Below are positions 16,249-20,000 of a stretch of DNA of 20,000 nt, piece by piece (within the stretch, counting starts at the first letter, position 1; every line of letters starts with the position of its first letter). The notes beneath the pieces are model-generated. The model saw nothing but the letters and a program-made list of their open reading frames with translations, was not told the origin of the DNA and searched no databases. Origin of the DNA: an uncultured virus (IMG/VR IMGVR_UViG_3300009034_000029) (taxonomy: Duplodnaviria; Heunggongvirae; Uroviricota; Caudoviricetes); IMG/VR virus record IMGVR_UViG_3300009034_000029. One strand, given 5' to 3'. The position numbers and the translations under genes were made by a program.

Positions 16249-16300
16249 AAAAAGTATATATAGTTGTACATTGTAATATATATATGATAAATAAAAATTA
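16249..16300 (+). promoter_or_regulatory. Archaeal-type promoter (copy A of the duplicated cassette)
   Basis: AAAAAG-TATATATA-GTTGTACA..GTAATAT..TGATAAATAAAAA, closely matching 17765-17812. Confidence 0.65.
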
Positions 16301-16407
16301 AAAGGTGATAAAGTTCATGTTCAAGTTCGTAAATCATCATTCATTCGTCATAGTTACTTTATCATTAAGTAACAACACACAGCTCAAACTACAAGGAGGT
16401 AGATAAT

Positions 16408-16707
16408 ATGAGCAAGCAAGACAATACCCAAACGAAAGACAAACGACCAAGCATCAAGGTGCTTGAGAGCATGCCAGAAGGAACAGGTGTTAAAGGACAC
16501 CTGATCAGAAGCGACGATGAAATCGTTGCGTACATCAAACGCAAAGGACCACAGAGCAAAGCAGACCTAGCATCCTGGCTCAGTGACCCGAAGAAACCAA
16601 CTCTAGGCACAGTGTTCATCAACAAGGTGATGGCACGTGTTGTAGGGACAACGGCCGTTGAGAAACGGATACACGGAGGAAGAAACTGGTACTTCGTCCG
16701 TAAGTAA
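16408..16707 (+). CDS. Small basic winged-HTH-like protein (paralogue 2)
   Basis: AAGGAGGT RBS; RPSI motif, 'IVAYIKRKGPQSKADLASWL', C-terminal 'VEKRIHGGRNWYFV'. Confidence 0.75.
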   Translation: MSKQDNTQTKDKRPSIKVLESMPEGTGVKGHLIRSDDEIVAYIKRKGPQSKADLASWLSDPKKPTLGTVFINKVMARVVGTTAVEKRIHGGRNWYFVRK

Positions 16708-16708
16708 G

Positions 16709-16734
16709 AGGAGCTTCGGCTCCTTCACTTTTTT
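16709..16734 (+). terminator. Intrinsic-type terminator with UUCG tetraloop
   Basis: AGGAGC-TTCG-GCTCCT then TCACTTTTTT immediately after the stop at 16707. Confidence 0.8.
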
Positions 16735-16827
16735 AGGACCAAGGATGCGTTCCTAGTCCAAAAGTAAATCGAATGAACGTCCCAATGTCCCAAGAGTGAC
16801 GTTGAGGACCAAAGGAGGCATGTCCAA

Positions 16828-17202
16828 ATGTCATTATGGAAACGAATACCACTAGACGGAATGGTGCACAGAGCCCTGAAGAGGGCTATAGTAAGAGGAA
16901 AATGGGACTACACACCAGGTGTAGAGTCCAAGATCGTGAGACATTCCCAGATGCGAGGGAATGAGTTTCACGCTGCCGATATACAGAGACTACTCGAGTA
17001 CGGACTCATACAGAGATTCATGAGAGGATACTACTACGTCCTAGACGCAGGCTTCAGAGTCTACATGAGACTAGAGTCAGAGAGACTTGCAAGTACACTG
17101 AAGAGGACCAACAGAGACCAATACAATAGCAATCGTCGACCACTATGCGAAGTGCCGGGCTCCGATCAATGGAGAGAGTACTTCAAACATAAGACCTGGT
17201 GA
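16828..17202 (+). CDS. Hypothetical protein with a winged-HTH-like segment
   Basis: AAAGGAGG RBS; 'IQRLLEYGLIQRFMRGYYYVLDAGFRVY' matches a wHTH recognition helix/wing ending (Y-x-L/T-x-x-G). Confidence 0.6.
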   Translation: MSLWKRIPLDGMVHRALKRAIVRGKWDYTPGVESKIVRHSQMRGNEFHAADIQRLLEYGLIQRFMRGYYYVLDAGFRVYMRLESERLASTLKRTNRDQYNSNRRPLCEVPGSDQWREYFKHKTW

Positions 17203-17226
17203 ACAGGTCCTTCTTCTCTTTTCTTT
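17193..17226 (+). terminator. Hairpin + pyrimidine-run terminator
   Basis: GACCTG-GTGAA-CAGGTC spanning the stop codon, followed by CTTCTTCTCTTTTCTTT. Confidence 0.6.
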
Positions 17227-17764
17227 ATGTCCATTATATCCGACAGTGACGTTGACGATTGTCCAAGGACCAAGACCGATCGATTATTAGTCGTGCCTGG
17301 TCCTGGAGTTGAACCTAAGTGGGTCCTGGTCATGATGTTAACGACCTCATGGGTCTAGGGAACTGGTCATGAACTATTTTTCTGGTCGTTCCCGACCAAC
17401 GGCGCCGCGATCATTGATAATAAAAGATTGATATGATTAAATGAAAGAAACATGTCCAGGTACATGACACGCTCCATGCGATCCTAATATTCTAGGAGCT
17501 CTAAGGTTTACGTTATATCACTTCGTTCACCTCATACAATATAGGTTGAGTGAAAAATAGGGATTTATAATGGATGTATGTTTGAAGATTAAGATTAGAC
17601 ACGTGTATAATTAACAAGTACACTGGCTCTATATACTATTCTTAGAAATATATAGAACTCTTTGAACAATGAAGGGTTTATGTAATTAATCACGGACCAA
17701 TGTTGACCATCACGACCACGACTTGAACTTGATTATTGAAAAGTTGAACATTGGTCCGGCAACA

Positions 17765-17812
17765 CAAAATTTATATAGTTGTTCAGGGGTAATATTATTG
17801 ATGAAATAAAAA
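17765..17812 (+). promoter_or_regulatory. Archaeal-type promoter (copy B of the duplicated cassette)
   Basis: CAAAA-TTTATATA-GTTGTTCA...GTAATAT..TGATGAAATAAAAA; homologous to 16249-16300. Confidence 0.65.
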
Positions 17813-17914
17813 CGAAAAGTTGAACTGAAACATGAACACGAAGAAAAATCATTTCAAAGTCATTGATTTATTGAATGACATTGCTCAAACAACAACAACA
17901 GGAGGTATGATAAA

Positions 17915-18187
17915 ATGAGCAAGAAATCTAAACAAGTAGTACGACCAACGATTGAAGACTTAGAGAACGCGCCCGAAGGTCGAGGACGAAGTACGATCAA
18001 CATGGACAAACTCCTCGAGCTAATGCGTCGAACAAACAAAGCGTACAGTCTCAAAGAAATACTAACGGAACTAGGAACTACATCACATAACTACGTACGC
18101 AAGTTGCTAGACAACCTTAAAGACAAAGGTGAAGTCAACAAACGGTTCCATGGGGGAAAGTGCTGGTATTATGTCACGCCGACATAA
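17915..18187 (+). CDS. Small basic winged-HTH protein (paralogue 3)
   Basis: AGGAGGT RBS; RPTI motif, 'YSLKEILTELGTTSHNYVRKLLDNLKDKGEVNKRFHGGKCWYYV' is a clear HTH plus wing; T-rich tract after the stop. Confidence 0.8.
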   Translation: MSKKSKQVVRPTIEDLENAPEGRGRSTINMDKLLELMRRTNKAYSLKEILTELGTTSHNYVRKLLDNLKDKGEVNKRFHGGKCWYYVTPT

Positions 18188-18222
18188 TATCACTTCCACT
18201 TTCTTTTTCAAGGTGAAGAAGT

Positions 18223-18636
18223 ATGACAAGGAAATACGGAATAGAGCGTCCCCGAAGACATAAGTTATGGTGTAATGATCCAGAGTTACCGGTCGGGGAT
18301 TATGTGATAATACGACGATCAACGAAACAGCCTTTGAAACCGTTCTATGTTTGGGATATTGAATTGTATGTACTAGAACCGCCAAGTGAATTACCTACGT
18401 TGAAGATGTATATACCAAGAGTAAGGATAATTGACCACTTTAATGTCGATGCACGGATCAAGGACGATACGATTAAGTTAATGCCCTCGAATTCGACTAT
18501 GATAGCGGTAACGTCAGATTCAGATGAAAAGATACATGTCTTCTTAGAAGTACATGTGTATGGGTTGTTACAAACAAAACGTAGGGAAATAAGTCCAACA
18601 CCATATAGAGCAAAGTTCATATGGAAGAATATGTAG
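18223..18636 (+). CDS. Hypothetical beta-rich protein
   Basis: AAGGTGA RBS; 137-aa ORF whose stop abuts the RBS of the next gene. Confidence 0.65.
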   Translation: MTRKYGIERPRRHKLWCNDPELPVGDYVIIRRSTKQPLKPFYVWDIELYVLEPPSELPTLKMYIPRVRIIDHFNVDARIKDDTIKLMPSNSTMIAVTSDSDEKIHVFLEVHVYGLLQTKRREISPTPYRAKFIWKNM

Positions 18637-18647
18637 GAGGAATGTAT

Positions 18648-19010
18648 ATGGTATATGAAATAAGTAAGATGTACGGAGACTGGAAACAGTTAATAGCCGT
18701 CGTACAGAAGTTTTGGGACGACATGAAGAAAGCAGGAGCTGATACATTGGAGGCATTCATTCAATGTATAGCGTTAGATAAATACGCGAGAAAGGCATGG
18801 CTCTATCTAATGTTCGAGATATGGTATGGGAATGTAGAATTAATGAAGGAATTAGGACTGGGATGGTGGCCTGATCTTGACCACGACGATATAAAAGTCA
18901 AAGATACAATTTTAAGGAACATATTGGAACTAGATACCAGTGACCATGTAGGAGCAATGAAAGTACTAGAACTATTCACGGAGGGAAAATGCAATGAGTG
19001 TGTCAAGTGA
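18648..19010 (+). CDS. Hypothetical helical protein (paralogue family B, copy 1)
   Basis: GGAGG 7 nt before the ATG at 18648 (preferred over 18621); aligns by eye with 18994..19386. Confidence 0.7.
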   Translation: MVYEISKMYGDWKQLIAVVQKFWDDMKKAGADTLEAFIQCIALDKYARKAWLYLMFEIWYGNVELMKELGLGWWPDLDHDDIKVKDTILRNILELDTSDHVGAMKVLELFTEGKCNECVK

Positions 19011-19386
19011 ACAATATCATCTAAGAACACAAGCAGCGTTACAGAATGTACAACATTACCTTGAACAATTTGGATTACAGAACCCAGATGAGTTTATAAG
19101 ATACATAGCACGACATCCAGAACTACGACAACATTTCGTGAGAGTGTTCTTCGAAGTATGGACAGGATCAGTTCATATAGAGAAGTTAATAGAAGGGTTC
19201 AAGTGGAAACAAGAGACTCCAAGGGACAATCGTATCTACGAGGAAGATATACTGAGACCACTGTTAAGCTTCAGAAGTGGAAGGGACGGTGAATTATGTT
19301 TGAAGATATTTGATACAATAGTTCAATGGGCGGAGAGAAAGACTTCGTTGGGGAATGTAATAGATCAACTTGCTGATCTATTATAA
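18994..19386 (+). CDS. Hypothetical helical protein (paralogue family B, copy 2)
   Basis: GGAGG upstream, overlaps the previous gene; shares the FI..IA.....R.......FE.W.G.V and ILR motifs. Confidence 0.7.
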   Translation: MSVSSEQYHLRTQAALQNVQHYLEQFGLQNPDEFIRYIARHPELRQHFVRVFFEVWTGSVHIEKLIEGFKWKQETPRDNRIYEEDILRPLLSFRSGRDGELCLKIFDTIVQWAERKTSLGNVIDQLADLL

Positions 19387-19459
19387 TTCCAATTCCTCTT
19401 TCTGGAATTAGGGAGTGAGTAAGTATTCATTCCCTTCCAAGAACAAGGAGTGATGTAAT

Positions 19460-19717
19460 ATGGAACTTGAAATGAAATTGTTTGTACAATTCAACGTCGG
19501 TGACAATTACGACCTAAAGTTTTGGAACTTAGATACTATTGAAGAGGATATGATGAAATACTTCGATGTTCTCTTACATGACTTGTTTGAAGAAATGGAA
19601 GATCAGTTAAGTACGGAACAAGTCAAAAAGATCAGTACTAGTCTAAAAGACAAAGTCAGTGGAATGATAAGTGAATATTTTGAGGACTATAAGATCGAAC
19701 TACATCAGGAGGAATGA
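19460..19717 (+). CDS. Small acidic hypothetical protein
   Basis: AAGGAGTGA RBS; 85 aa, rich in D/E. Confidence 0.7.
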   Translation: MELEMKLFVQFNVGDNYDLKFWNLDTIEEDMMKYFDVLLHDLFEEMEDQLSTEQVKKISTSLKDKVSGMISEYFEDYKIELHQEE

Positions 19718-19720
19718 TAT

Positions 19721-20000
19721 ATGGAACTATTAGAAATGATACAGTTGATAAAGACCGAAGACGATGCACATCTATTTTTAAGTGACGTGTGTGGAGCAAT
19801 AAATCTGTTTTTGAACAATGAAGCACGACTAAAGTTCTGTGAGCAGATTGAAGAATCATTAGATGTTGCAGGAGAATGTGTTGTTCACCAGCCCAATGAG
19901 ATGGAAGAGATGATAAGATATACAGCACATCATGGAATATGGGATGTGATCGTCAAACAGATGAGATTAACAGTAGAGCACTACCAAAAACATGACTTGG
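19721..20000 (+). CDS. Hypothetical protein, 3' truncated by the window end (MELLEMIQLIKTEDDAHLFL...)
   Basis: AGGAGG RBS, ATG at 19721, open frame to the end of the window; contains 'EEMIRYTAHH', similar to 'DEFIRYIARH' of 18994..19386. Confidence 0.7.
   Translation, partial: MELLEMIQLIKTEDDAHLFLSDVCGAINLFLNNEARLKFCEQIEESLDVAGECVVHQPNEMEEMIRYTAHHGIWDVIVKQMRLTVEHYQKHDL

Noticed and set aside
17799..17828. C/D-box sRNA (TGATGA at 17799, CTGA at 17825)
   Set aside because: The boxes are not preserved in the homologous leader at 16285 and the spacing is too short for a full C/D guide.
16014..19928. Minus-strand ORFs in the early region (16014..16340, 16389..16625, 17860..18054, 18107..18385, 18345..18620, 18568..18756, 18803..19030, 19656..19928)
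   Set aside because: They overlap plus-strand genes or promoters; their hydrophobic look reflects the A-rich plus strand, and they lack RBSs.

Overview
This window is a segment of a head-tail dsDNA virus (Caudoviricetes-like) genome, most likely infecting an archaeon. The host inference rests on GGAGGTGA/GAGGTGA/GGAGTGA ribosome-binding sites, TTTATATA-type TATA boxes and a FUN14-like membrane protein. Bases 1-14875 form one tightly coupled minus-strand morphogenesis operon. In transcription order it holds a putative small terminase, five inserted accessory or virion genes (including a 24x14-aa repeat protein and a CxxCxxCC protein), large terminase, portal, a four-module maturation protein (LigD phosphoesterase-like / unknown module / prohead protease / scaffold), two decoration-like proteins flanking the major capsid protein, a beta-sandwich protein, three membrane proteins, and neck and tail-completion genes. 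A very AT-rich, hairpin- and repeat-rich divergent control region (about 14880-15720) follows. After it comes a plus-strand early/accessory region with three paralogous small winged-HTH genes. Two of these sit in duplicated promoter-long leader-gene-terminator cassettes. The region also holds a fourth wHTH-like gene, structured intergenic DNA and a second paralogous family of small unknown proteins. All functional calls come from motif recognition and gene order only; no searches were run.
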